Shown: positions 50,656 to 62,591 of the stretch, in pieces | Position numbering within the stretch: the first letter of the stretch is position 1 | How the letters are laid out: each line of letters opens with the position of its first letter | Source of the DNA: Carcharhinus amblyrhynchos | Lineage: Eukaryota | Direction: 5' to 3' | Length of the DNA: 64,000 bases | Assembly: GCA_965287045.1 (NCBI GenBank) | Contig: OZ336880.1 | Location: 57,908,001 to 57,972,000, forward strand | Notes under the pieces: generated by a model | Databases searched by the model: none | What the model was told of the DNA's origin: nothing | Seen by the model: only the letters and a program-made list of their open reading frames with translations | Position numbers and translations under genes: made by a program

Positions 50656-52879
50656 TTGAATTTGATGTCACTTTACAGCTGAGCACTAAGGTGTGGGTTT
50701 GCGGGCTCATTTTAAACCTTCATTCCACTAGTGAACATTGAAGAATAAATACATTTGGTTATTATTAACCTTTTCACCTTAGCATCCTGGAATCTTAGTA
50801 TTCGATCATCGAGTGTTCCGAAATTCATATAATATCGCTGGCCAGTAATTTGATAGAAAAATTTTCAGAAAATCATTTTAAATTTTGCAGTACTCCCTCC
50901 CTGTGCACAGGTGTATCAGGGCTGATGGTGCTAAGGGGGCCTTCTCTTTTATGTATCATATTCATCCGCAAGTAACATGATTTATCAAATGTCATATTCT
51001 GCTCTGCCATACTCATCTGGTGCTACTGGCCACAAAAGTTAATTGCTGCGAAAGGCCCTCATTGCAAATCACTATCTGAAGGCCTTATTAGCTTCTGAAT
51101 GCAAACACAAGTCATACTGCAGAGATAGCTGTACACTAATGACACCAAGGCTAGGTAATTGCAATTTTTTAACCTTTTAAATACCACACATTATGCACTA
51201 CAGCTCAGAGCAGAAAGAGCAAAGTGGTAGTGATTGAAAATGTAGATTTGCAAAATATCATGCATATATCGTCATAAATCTTGTGTGGACAATGAATAAA
51301 TAAGCTAAATGCTAATGCAATTTTAATCAGTATTACTACAGCAGTTGTGCTTTAAAACAACTGGATTAAACATTTCTTTGTGTTCTAAGTTTACAAAAGC
51401 TGCTAGGAATGCAATTGATTCCACTTTATTGCATATATATAACCTTGTCATTTGCATATACTTTCTATGTGTCATTAATATTTATTATTATGTAAAATAC
51501 TTCTACTAATTATACTGTATTTCCATGATGCTTTTGCGTGTTTAGCTATTCTCTTGTTTCTGTTTAGTTTTCACTATACTGTCTATGGTTCTGGACTAAG
51601 TTTCTACCTTCGACAGGGGTGGGATGAAAACAATTGATGGTGCTCATAGCTAAAGAACTTCATAAAATATTAAGAAGCCTTCTTTCAAAATAATATTTTT
51701 AAATTGCATATTAGGGCTAAATGTGAGAGACAATTGTTATACCTTGAGCAACAAAATTCAGTGTATTATAATATCACTCAATTTGTAATTGTATAACTTT
51801 GTTGACACTAAGAGGAAAGAGTTCTAATGTATTTTCTTTTCATGGTCTATAATATACATAAGTAGGTTTGCATTTTACTTTGTTTTATCTTTTATTTTTC
51901 CTTCTTTGTCCCTTTTACTATCTCTCCTTGCCTTTGTCTCCATCTCTCCCTGCATCGTAATTCTAATCTCAATGGCTGGCGGTATTTTTCCTCCATGAAA
52001 ATTACTTGCCTGTTATTTTCTTTCAGGCCCTGACCCTGAAATCATCTGATCAAGCTGTTGATGCTGAGTGCATTTGCACATCCTGTCAATGGGATGAGAA
52101 TAAGTCCCCAGCTTTTTTAATTACAAGGATAACATATTCACTCATCTAATAATGTAGATGGTTAGCAATTTTAAATTTTAATAATCAATTACTAGAAGTA
52201 ATTCTCCATTAAATCACAAGAGAGTCATTAAATCTCAAAAGACAGAACACGGCTGCATGCAAAAGCAGCAAATGCGCTATTTTTAACTACCATTAGGGAA
52301 TATCTTATTCTCTTTCATTTCTATGCATTTCTCATACGTTTTCATGCAAACTGTCTCAATTACCACAGAAAGAGAATGCCTGATCATATAAATAATGAAG
52401 GAAAACACAGGAAAGAGTACAAGGTTTGAGATTATTCCTTTGTTAAAGTAATGGAATAATTCAGAATGTGAATATATTTGGAGTGAAAGGCTCCAGTACT
52501 TCAACATATAATGACACAAGCTATCACATTTAATTCCCCACAAACACTTCATATGTGATGTTAAGCAGTGAAATGGTGTGACACATGCTGGAAGGAATAT
52601 TATTATGTTTTACAACTTTTTAGATCCTGGCCATTGATATTTGAGAGTACTGATTATAAAATGGCAGAATGCCAACTCCATTTTGGGGGCTGCAATATCT
52701 CAGTCAGGACTGAAAAGCACAGGCACCGTCATTCACTGGGCACATTTTTCATATATACATATTCCTACCATTAAATAAATAATGAACTCAGGTGAAAATA
52801 AAGGAGATTGGCCAGGGGTCCATCCTACTGGCTGACCATTTTAATTTTTTATAAGGGTTTGACATCCCAGGTGGACATT

Positions 52880-53830
52880 GGGAAACAGTTTACCTAACGT
52901 TGCAGATGATGTTTGAAAAAGTCAAGCATGAAAAGATGTTATGTAAGTTTAAAGCGTTGGGTATTGTATTTAAAACTTGAAGGTGAATAAAGAATTTATA
53001 TTATTCCAGTCTATGATTACTCTATCCTTGAAAGAGAGAAAGCAACGTTTGGTTTCTACTAAGGTGAGTGAAATTCACTAAGTACCCAAGTTTGGATGCA
53101 AATTAGGGAGGGTCAGTCTCATGGAAAAGCCAAGAAGTTACAGAATGGCCCAAGGAAAAGGCAAGAAAGAAAGCATGGAGAGAGTATAAAATTAAAGATG
53201 GATAGTTGTAAGGTTACAGACTTTGGAAGAGAAAAAAACAAGATACATATTTAATAGGTAACATTGCAATTGCTAGGAAAAAGGCAGATCAAGCTCTGAG
53301 AGTTATCATTTGCTGAAATGTTACCCGTGTCCAGTTATCAAAAAGCAGTAATTAACAAAACGGAATGCTGAGCTTGGACAGCGCTAAGGCCAGGCCAAAC
53401 ATTGAATATTGCTTTCAATTCTGGCCATTGAGACACAAGGGAAATATCTAAGCCCAGGAAAGATTGTAAAGAAGGGTCATGAGGTTGATCCTTGGTGTTA
53501 GGGAACTGAAAATCTAAAAACAGGTAAATAAAACTTGACTTTTTACAAGGATGTAAGAAACTAAATTAAATAGAAAACAGTACTGCAAGTTAAATCGTAA
53601 CAATAGGATGAGGAGGTATACAAGCAGAACTTTGTAAGGACAAGCCTCAGGCTCATTTTCTGAAGCAAATCATCATAAAAAGGATGATAATTGCTTGGAA
53701 TGACCCTCATTGTAAGCATAATAGAAGCCTTTAAGATGCAATAAAGTGGTAGAAGGGGAACAACAGTATGTTGTCACTGGAAGATTAGCAAGATGGGCCA
53801 AATAGTCTCCTTCATTGGTACTTACCTATG
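52880..53830 (+). mobile_element. Ancient, highly decayed CR1 LINE
   Basis: FEKVKHEKMLCKFKALGI, then RPNIEYCFQFWP..RRVMRLILGVR, then a tail GATGGGCCAAATAGTCTCC. Confidence 0.7.
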
Positions 53831-54274
53831 TGACATAAAGACAATAAGGGGAAGTATTAATCCACAAGAATAAATTTTTAATTGCCCAAGTAAGATCAAT
53901 CTGGTCACTAGCCACAGAAGCATTTCTGGCACAAATCTTTATATCATTTTAGAGGAAGCACACCAGCAATAGACACCAGTAGGATTAAACAAGAATTTTG
54001 CAGAACAGTTATATTCGTAGTAACATAAAAGCAGCCTACAAATCCTTGTATAGAGTTGCTGAGTCAACAAGCTATGCTGATTCTACTAAACTCCATCCAA
54101 GTTGCTATCCAATGAATTATATTAACATTGACCTAACAACAGATCGTCACAATCTAAGCTATAACAATGAGCGGTATGGAAATTATCCTCTCAATTTGCA
54201 CAACCAGTTGGACTGAGGTGGTACCACTAATGATTGTTAGTATAAGTTTAGTATTGGTATCAAACTAAGACTCA

Positions 54275-54632
54275 TGGAGTTCCTGCTGTGAGGTAGGAAG
54301 CCATTCGGCCCACTGAGTCTTCCTCAGAGCATACTATCCAGGCCCTATTCCCATAATCCAATATATTTTCCCCACCAATCCCCCTAACCTACACAACTTG
54401 AGACACTAATGGGCAATTTAACATTGCCAATCCATCTAATCTGCACAGCTTTGGAGTGTGGGAGGAAACCTGAGCACCCAGAGGGAATACACACAAACAT
54501 GGTGGGGGAGAGGAGGGGGGGTTGGGGAGGGAATGTGCAAACTCAACACACACAGTGACCCAAGGCCAGGATTGATCCTGTGAGCCTGGCACTGTGATGC
54601 AGCAGTGCTAACCACTGTGCTACCTTGCTGCC
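54275..54632 (-). mobile_element. HE1 SINE
   Basis: Reverse-complement head at 54580-54632, plus core and tail. Confidence 0.88.
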
Positions 54633-56386
54633 AAGTTCATTTATTAAGATTAAATATAACATTGAAATTAACAGAAGAATAGAAAGTAATAGATGTTAGA
54701 GCTCAACGGGTCCTGGAAGTCAGGAAAGAATTCCTTTATAATGCAGCAGGGAGAAAAACGGTCTCTCTCTTTTGACTTCAGGGACAATTTAATTGTTTGG
54801 CTCAGCAATCCTGTTCACTGGTGATACTTTGGTTGCTAGAGAAACATTTGTTGTTTTAAGCAGTTTTTCTCCAATGAAGGGGTAACAGCTGTTCAGAGTT
54901 AAACATTCAGTTGTCTATTACTGATGACCTTATAAGGAATGGAACTAGCGCTGTACAAATTGTAGTCCTTGTACTGAAAATCCAGGCTGTAGTACAGTGA
55001 GTATGTTATGTATGTGAGGGGTAATTATCAATATCTTGCTTTTGGGATTATAGTGCTGGCCTACATTTCTACATCAACTGTGAATGGGCAGAAATGTAGC
55101 CCTGTGTTCACAAATGTAAGGTATCAACTGTATTGTCCCTTCTGAGTGGAAAGCAGAAAGGTGTCAAAATGAGATCTCATTAAAGGCAGACCAGTGTCCT
55201 TATTACCAGAGTCCATCTTTTATAAATTTTCAGAGATATGGCTGTGCTGTCTGTCAAGACAGACACTGGAACAGCATTAAAAGATTGATAGGGCTTAAGT
55301 CAGGTCTCCTTGTTCATGCCATGTCAGTCTGCTGTTTCAACCTGAAAACTCTACTCAGAATATCACAGTAAAACTTCACACAATGATCCTTGTGTTTTGT
55401 GAGACTCTCCCAGGCAGTGTCATTGTCTGTCCTTTGTAGACAGAAGTTCAAATGTAGAGTTAGCGACCACTTGGTGAATAGAGGTCAAACAAGCGTGCAT
55501 TCGTTTATGGGAGATCGGTGATTTGCCTGTTGAAACATTAGCAGAATTGCATCAGGTCCTTTTGTGCTTTCTACATTGGCCAGGATCACATTTGTGAGAT
55601 GCCTGTTCTTATTACAGTTTGACTTCTGGCTCCTGCATTTTGATAGTTTTGAACATGTTTTTTCTTTATCCTTGTATGTGGATTAATAATCTGTGGGTCT
55701 GTACTGTATATTTGAGGTGACTGTTGAAATTCTGTGGTATAGTTGACCAGTAATAGAAAGGTAGTGATATGTTTTTGTAGCTGTGAAAACCTGTAATTGA
55801 TGATCACTACAGTTATGAGTGAGTTGAAATGGCTTTTCACAAGTGAAGGAACATTCAGAATGTCCACCACGGGTTAATAGCTCTTCAACTCTGTTAGTTA
55901 AGTTTGAATTGGCCATGCATCTAGCTAGCATTAAGTGAGATTGCACTTCAGGTGGGTTATGATATTTATCTTACACTGAAGTATACTGCAACTTCCGTGA
56001 CTGGCATAGATGTTATTTATCCTGTAGAATATAGTCCATTGCTTTTCCCTTTATCTGATGCTATGGCAATTACATTCTGATTGCGAATTCCACTAAATGT
56101 TTATCACAAATCACAGGAACTTCAACAAAATCAGGTCTCCCTCTCAATAAATACTAGGCTGTATCCAATTCACAGAGGAGAGCACTTCCAGTTTTGAACT
56201 AGTATAATTTAAAACTCAACTGGCAAAATATGTATATGTACTAACTTGTGATTAAAACACACCCACAAAATATTGTATAAATACTAAAATGCCAAATAGA
56301 TTTAGTCTTTTTGCTTAAAACTACTTTACATATTTCTTTTGGATGGTTGCAATTTGTTGGATAAATTAACATTGTTTAAAATAATA

Positions 56387-57426
56387 GGACATGATTCTCC
56401 CAGAAGTGCTGAATTGGTGGGAGAACTATTCTAAATCCCAACTGTTTTGTCAGTTGAGCTTCTCACCTTAATCTCTGCACTCTGTGCACTGCAGAGGTCC
56501 CAGTCATGAATATCATTAAAAACTCAGGGAGGCAGGGCCTATTCATGTCAAATTTTGACAGTTCTGGAGCTCTGCGCATGCGCAGTGGTCCCGATCTGTC
56601 AGACTCCCCGTTTGCTGGCCAGCTCAATTGCTGGCTAGTCCAGGACCACCTTAGTGCTGCTCCTGTAGCCCCGCCATGGCCTGATTGCAGCCCCCACAAC
56701 AATTCCCAGGCCAGTCCTGACCCTCCGTCCTGTTCCGGAGCGCCCCAATGCATAGTCCACCCTCCCAGCAGTAACAATGCCCTCACATCCCCCCATCCCA
56801 GCAGATCCCCCCAACGCTGACTCCCCTCAGGGTCCGAATGCCTCCCTCCCCCCCAAGAGGCAGGTGCCACAGACCACAATCCTCCCCCCATTAGCCCGTC
56901 CCAATCACTGCCCTCCTTCTAGCCCAAACTGATCCTGTCTGCAGAGTGGCAGTGGTCCTAGGCCCCACCCACAATAGGTCCCACTCCCTTAGCATTGCCT
57001 GATGGGCAGCACCAAGGTGTCTCCTGGGCATGGGCACTTTGACCCTTGGGCAGTCCACGGGGCACCCCCCCACCCCCCTGCTGCTCGACCTCCTGGGTGG
57101 CCCCAATTGCCCCCCTTCAATCTGGCAGGGTCTCCCAGTAGTTCCCCAAACATGAAGAACTAGTCTGAACCCCACCAGAATGAAGTACTCCTGGTGAGGT
57201 GGGGATTCATTTGGGACCTGAACGTTCTCAATAATGAATGGCTAAGCATATTTAAAACATATTAAAAAAAGATTGAAATGATTTACCTGCCTTTCTGTCG
57301 GCTTCCAGCGTGGTCTGACCGACGACTTTTTGCTGGCTCTGGGAGATGCGCATGCATTCCCGGCACTTGCGCAAATCCCGGTACAAGGCCAGAAAAGTTG
57401 CGGGTTGCAATGGGAGAATCGCGGCT
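56387..57426. mobile_element. Harbinger-type MITE, about 1 kb
   Basis: TIRs GGACATGATTCTCCC and GGGAGAATCGCGGCT; GC-rich interior. Confidence 0.7.
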
Positions 57427-58477
57427 GTAGTTTCCAAAGTGAGAAAGGTTTCTTGCTGTTCGGTTTGAAACTAAAAGCACTTCAGACTTGAGTTGGTAAA
57501 TGATCTTGCATTGTGATATAACTTCTTACGATAACTGAGGTAAGCGAGAAACAATATTTTTAAAGCATTGATACACCGGGGTATTTTTGCAAATAGAAGG
57601 TAGAAGAAAAACATGGTTACCTAGGGAACATGCTCGAAGTTTCCCTATGTAAATAGTCAATAAACACCTTGGCTTTACCTTTTCACTTTTACATTTGCTG
57701 AGGGGTCATTCTCCTGCACATTCCCCAAATGCAGTGGTTTATTGCATAAACATCCAATCAATGCCACACCTGGAAGATTGTGTATCTTTATTCAATAATA
57801 GGGCGTGGATATAGTGTACAGAACTCGTTAGACATACCCACAGGGAGTGTCAGTACTCCCAGTGTTTCCTTTGCCAGAAGGTAGTCTAAAAACAGTCTAA
57901 AAATTCAATATCACATTGACTCAATATGTTGTACAATCTCACTTGGCTCCTAAGCTGTTACCGCTTCACTGTAATGTCTGTTACTGAGAGCAAGCTTTGA
58001 GACAAAACTTATTTCAAGTACAAATTTTGGTCTTGCATTACAAAATATAGAAGTATTTAAAATATTGATTTTTGTACTGTAACAATTAATTTCTTTATTA
58101 CAACTTGTTTCTGTGTGTTGCAAAGGTAGCAGGGTAGGAGTCAATCTAAGTTCCCAGCAGTATTGGACTGAATTGAAGATTTTCAGCCTTAATCATGAAT
58201 TTAGTACAATTCACCTCTGTTCTTCTGGTTCATGTGGATAATATTGAACCATATAGGCTAGGAACGTCCTTGGTTAATCCCTGGTTTGTGCTGAGTTAGC
58301 TGAGTCCACCAACTGAAGTGCTGCAATTAGTATCAGCGTCCTAAGAATAGCGAGATTCAAAATAAGCGCTGTTGGGAAGTACATTTGTGTGAAGATCAAG
58401 TGAGGTAGGAACAGATACAGCACTGTCATCAATCACTTCCCTCCTCACAGCCAGCGTGTATATGTTGCACATACACA

Positions 58478-58748
58478 CACGGTGTCACAATGGTTAGCAC
58501 TACTGCCTCACAGTGCCACGGACCCAGGTTTAATTCCAGGCTTGGGTCACTATCCGTGTGGAGTCTGCATGTTCTCCCTGTGTCTACATGGGTTTGCTCT
58601 GGATGCTCCAATTTCCTCCCAAAATCCAAAAGACATGCTGGTTAGGCGGATTGGCCATGCTAAATTCTCCCTCAGTGTATCCAAACAGGTGCCGGACTTG
58701 GGGATTTTCACAGTAACTTCATTGCAGTGTTAATGTAAGCCTACTGTG
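58478..58748 (+). mobile_element. HE1-head SINE with alternative tail
   Basis: TGGTTAGCACTACTGCCTCACAG...TTCATTGCAGTGTTAATGTAAGCC. Confidence 0.88.
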
Positions 58749-59154
58749 GCAGTAAACACACGCAGTTTCCTGAGTGCGCATTTGTTCTCACATGCATTTG
58801 CAGAGTTAAAAGGCAAAATCACTGTCTGAATGAGCAATGTGAAAGTTGAAGAATATTTTTAGAATCATGTGCCGCATGGATAAGTTCCTTCAGGAGACAG
58901 CAGGCAATAAAACGTAGAGGAAAAAACATGAACATTGAGGGGAAGTTTCTTTGTGTGCTGTGTGGAGATTGAATGCAAGTTATCAATCCACAGATGAAAA
59001 ACAAAACTAATTATCACTAATGTTATAGTTAGAGTACCCTCTTTATTTTTCCCTTCAAAATCAGGGTGGAGTGGGCCCATTATTTAGTAGTTGACCGACT
59101 GAGGTTTTATCTAGCAGTGTGAGTGGAGGAAACATTTGATTCCTGATATGAATA

Positions 59155-60035
59155 TAAAAGAACAAAGAACAACCCAGCACGGGAAACAGGCCCTTCGGCC
59201 CAACAAGCCTGCGCCGCCGCATCACCCTATACCTATTCTACCCTGCGTATCTACAAATAGAACCCCTGACTTAGCCAGATTCAGGGGAGAATAGTGTCAA
59301 TTTGGTAAAACCAATCAGCCTAAGAGCACATCTTTGGGGTGTGGGAGGAAACCGGAGCGCCCGGAGGAAACCCACGCAACCACAGGGAGAATGCACAAAC
59401 TCCCACAGACACAGGCCCAAATCCATGTATCTGCACGGCCGGCAGTGCTAGTCACCGAGCTGTTGCGGTGCCCGTCTACCGGTCCAGGATCAAGCACACA
59501 CACCGACACGAAGTACTAGGCCACTCCCGAAACCTCCAGGAGCAGCCCACGCACGACCCACCGTGTGCATGCCCCTCGTTTGACAACGAGGTGGACCTCC
59601 ACCTGCGGAGTGAAAAGACAAAAACGTTAATCACAAGCCTGCCTTTCCGGTGTCTCCCGAGGTTCTAACCCTTATTCAATAACCCCTACCATAACCCTCC
59701 ATCCTCGTTTCACTCATGTGCCTATCTAACTGAACCTTAAACGAGTCCAACGTTCCCGCCTCCACCACCCCACTCGGTAGCGCGTTCCATACCCCCACTA
59801 CTCTCTGCGTAAAGAACCTTCCTCTCATATCCAAATTATACCTCTCCCCCCCTCACCCTTAAATCATGTCCTCTTGTATTCGTAACCAATCTAGGGAGCA
59901 GTCTCTCACTATTGACCCTGTCTATTCCCTTCAGTATCTTATATACCTCTATCATGTCACCCCTCAATCTCCGTCTTTCCAAAGAGAACAGTCCCAGTTT
60001 CTCCAACCTTTCCTTGTAACCCAACCCCTCCATGC
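59155..60035 (-). mobile_element. Young 5'-truncated CR1 whose 3'UTR includes an HE1-like SINE body
   Basis: MEGLGYKERLEKLGLFSLERRRLRGDMIEVYKILKG.., the ORF end near 59675, the UTR, an HE1 core at 59320-59472, then the CR1-type tail. CpG-rich. Confidence 0.8.
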
Positions 60036-60039
60036 CAAT

Positions 60040-61210
60040 ATGAACCCATTTTGTTGTGGTCTCAGCCTGCTTGCATATATGAGGTGGGTGGAGTGGGGGA
60101 GGGGTTTACCTGAGAGGATAGAAACTATCCATTTTCCTTGGTTCTCTTTGTAAACCGATTGGTCTTCTGTGAAACGGCAGTTGTTGTCAGATTGATGCTC
60201 TTTTGCGCTCTTATCAGGTCCCCCGGGCCTGGCTTCTCCAGAAATGTGGAGCACAGTTTCCGTCGCAGAGCTCCATTGTATCGGGGTAGACAAGACACAA
60301 CTTTGTATGGCACCAGCTGCTGTATGGTAAGTTTTAATGTCCATTGTGAAAGTTAGTGCACAGGCAAGTGGATGAATGAGTAAATGAGTGGGGGTAAGTG
60401 GGTAGTGTGGGTAAGGTAATTGGGTAAGTGGGTAGAATGTTAAGGCATGTAAGGTGGAAGGTGGGTGAGGTGATCGATAGCTAGGGTGACAGTTTGGTAA
60501 GTAGGATGGCAGGTGGATACGGTGGTATGTGGGTCAGGGTAGCTGGATCTGGTCAGGAGCCATTGTCAGGTCAGGTCAAGGAGATGATCAGGTGCTGCAG
60601 AATAGTTACGTCTGGTCAAGGAAGAAGTCAGGTTATTGAGGGGTGAGGGTGTCAGGTCAGGTTAGGTCAGGTTGCAGTCCTAGTTGAGAGAATCAATGGA
60701 TGAGATTCTCTGGCCTCCCAACCATGTGTTTCCCGCCAGCAGAAGCTGGCACACTTTCTGCCAGTGGCAGATTTTCTGGTACTGCCACTGTCAGTGGGGA
60801 TTCCCATTGATGTTGACCCACGCTGGCAAGAAACCCATGGGTAGGGGTGCGCTGCCAGCAGGACAGGAGAATCCCACTGGCGTGAATGGCCGGAGAATTC
60901 CAACAAATGTGTGCAATTGGGGAGTTTAGTTCTATAGTTACCCAAGCAGTAGACTAGGTTTTTTTTGTCTAGCTTTTCCAGGGGTGACTATTCAGGTACG
61001 GACCACAGAACTATCCAAAGTCTCCAATGCTAACTCAGATTTGGAGACATTTGCAGAAGATCCTGGGGAGCAGGAGAATTGTCCAACAGAAGTTCAGACC
61101 TTCTGGTTAATTCCCATAGAGGCAGCCCATTAGGACGTCTGTGGGTCCCAATACACACTCTGGGTCATATATGCAGTCCCTGTTGATCCAGTGAGTTGAA
61201 TATCTAGGCC
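60040..61210. mobile_element. C/G-rich-interior element in reverse orientation, with a 200-bp MITE nested at 60697-60903
   Basis: Homologous to 30860-31750 and 36610-37723. Confidence 0.55.
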
Positions 61211-61919
61211 ATTGTTCCAGGAGATGGGTGATTGCTATCATGGTGCAATGTGAGTCTGATTTCTATTGGTGTAAAGTGATGGACAAATGCATTTCTTACC
61301 AAAATAATTGAGAGCAGTATGTTTCCAGATTGTTCTAAGAATTAGATTGCACATAAAAGACAGGCACACAACCACACATGGAATGAGTGTGCATATTTTT
61401 AAGCAGTGTAGGAGATTTATTGTATTTATCTGGTTATAATTCAACCAAAAGGTTAATATATATGGCAATTTTTAACAAAATCCCTTGTTTCAAAAATAGC
61501 TTATGAACTCAGATTGAAAACTAAACGTCCCCAGCTGATCTAATGGAGCAGCTTGTGGAGTATTCTGAGAAAAATCCTTCAATATAATTCCTTCCCAAAT
61601 GCCAGTGAGTATAACCAATGCTTTATGTGGTTTTTGTGAGGAAAAATTCAGAAATGAGAAGACAAGAGATAGAAAAGATCATTGGGGAATTAACAGATAC
61701 ATTTTAAAATAACAAATCTATCTGGATTCATAACTTCCTGAAGGTGTAATGCTTTTTTCTCATCCATCAGTAGGAAATGTACATAACTCCTTTACAACTT
61801 CCAGCTGATCACTTGCCTAGTTCCTTTTTTCAATAGCCCAACTAAGAATCAGTGATATCTGTATCTCTTGAATCACAGGGGTGGGGGAGGTTACAGTGTC
61901 AATGTGAGGGTTGTGACCT

Positions 61920-62093
61920 GAATTCTCCTCCCGGCAGCACACCCCCACCCATGGGTTTTGCAGCGGCCTGGGGTGACTTCAATGAGAAATCCCATTGACA
62001 GCAGCAGGGCCAGAGAACCCCGCAGCGAGCTAACAGTGCCCCACCTTCCACCAACAGGAAACATGTGGCTAAGAGACTGGAGAATCTTGCCCG
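61920..62093. mobile_element. 200-bp MITE family copy (partial)
   Basis: Matches 2390-2558; ends GGAGAATCTTGCCC. Confidence 0.65.
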
Positions 62094-62591
62094 AAAGCTC
62101 TGGTGGCATGATGCAGTTTATTTATTTGCAGAAGAGAAGTGGGTTGTAGTCATGCCACTTTGATGAAAACCCTAGGCACAAAGATCGATCACCAGCACAA
62201 ATGCAGTTAAATTGAACTGATGGGTGCACTATACTGCTTAGGCAGGGCTCCATTAAGTCACCCAACCACAAAAATGCTTACTTACCTCTATTTTTAAGAA
62301 AATGCATCTGTTCCAAATTCATTTTCATCACGGTTTTTCATTAATATTTTTGTTTTACACACCAAATAATAATTATAGCATTGCAAAGATCTAAAATTCC
62401 ATTGGATGTACTGCATGCTGTTACAGATATGTGCAGCACAACAGCAGGAATGCTATACCAACTATACAAGGCAGAAATATAATTACATTTTATATTGATC
62501 AAACAATTGAAAATACAGAATCCTCACATTGCTGTCACTGAAAACACGTTGTTCTGGATTCTGAAAGTATGTCGACTGGGATCAAAGTGGG

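Noticed and set aside
52027-52150. Strong acceptor followed by a 40-codon open frame
   Set aside because: No recognisable product and no donor or partner exon.
59964-60356. Protein-like ORFs on both strands with apparent splice sites, suggesting a host exon
   Set aside because: The segment is homologous to the repeat at 31530-31600 and 37490-37560, and I recognise no protein family in any frame.
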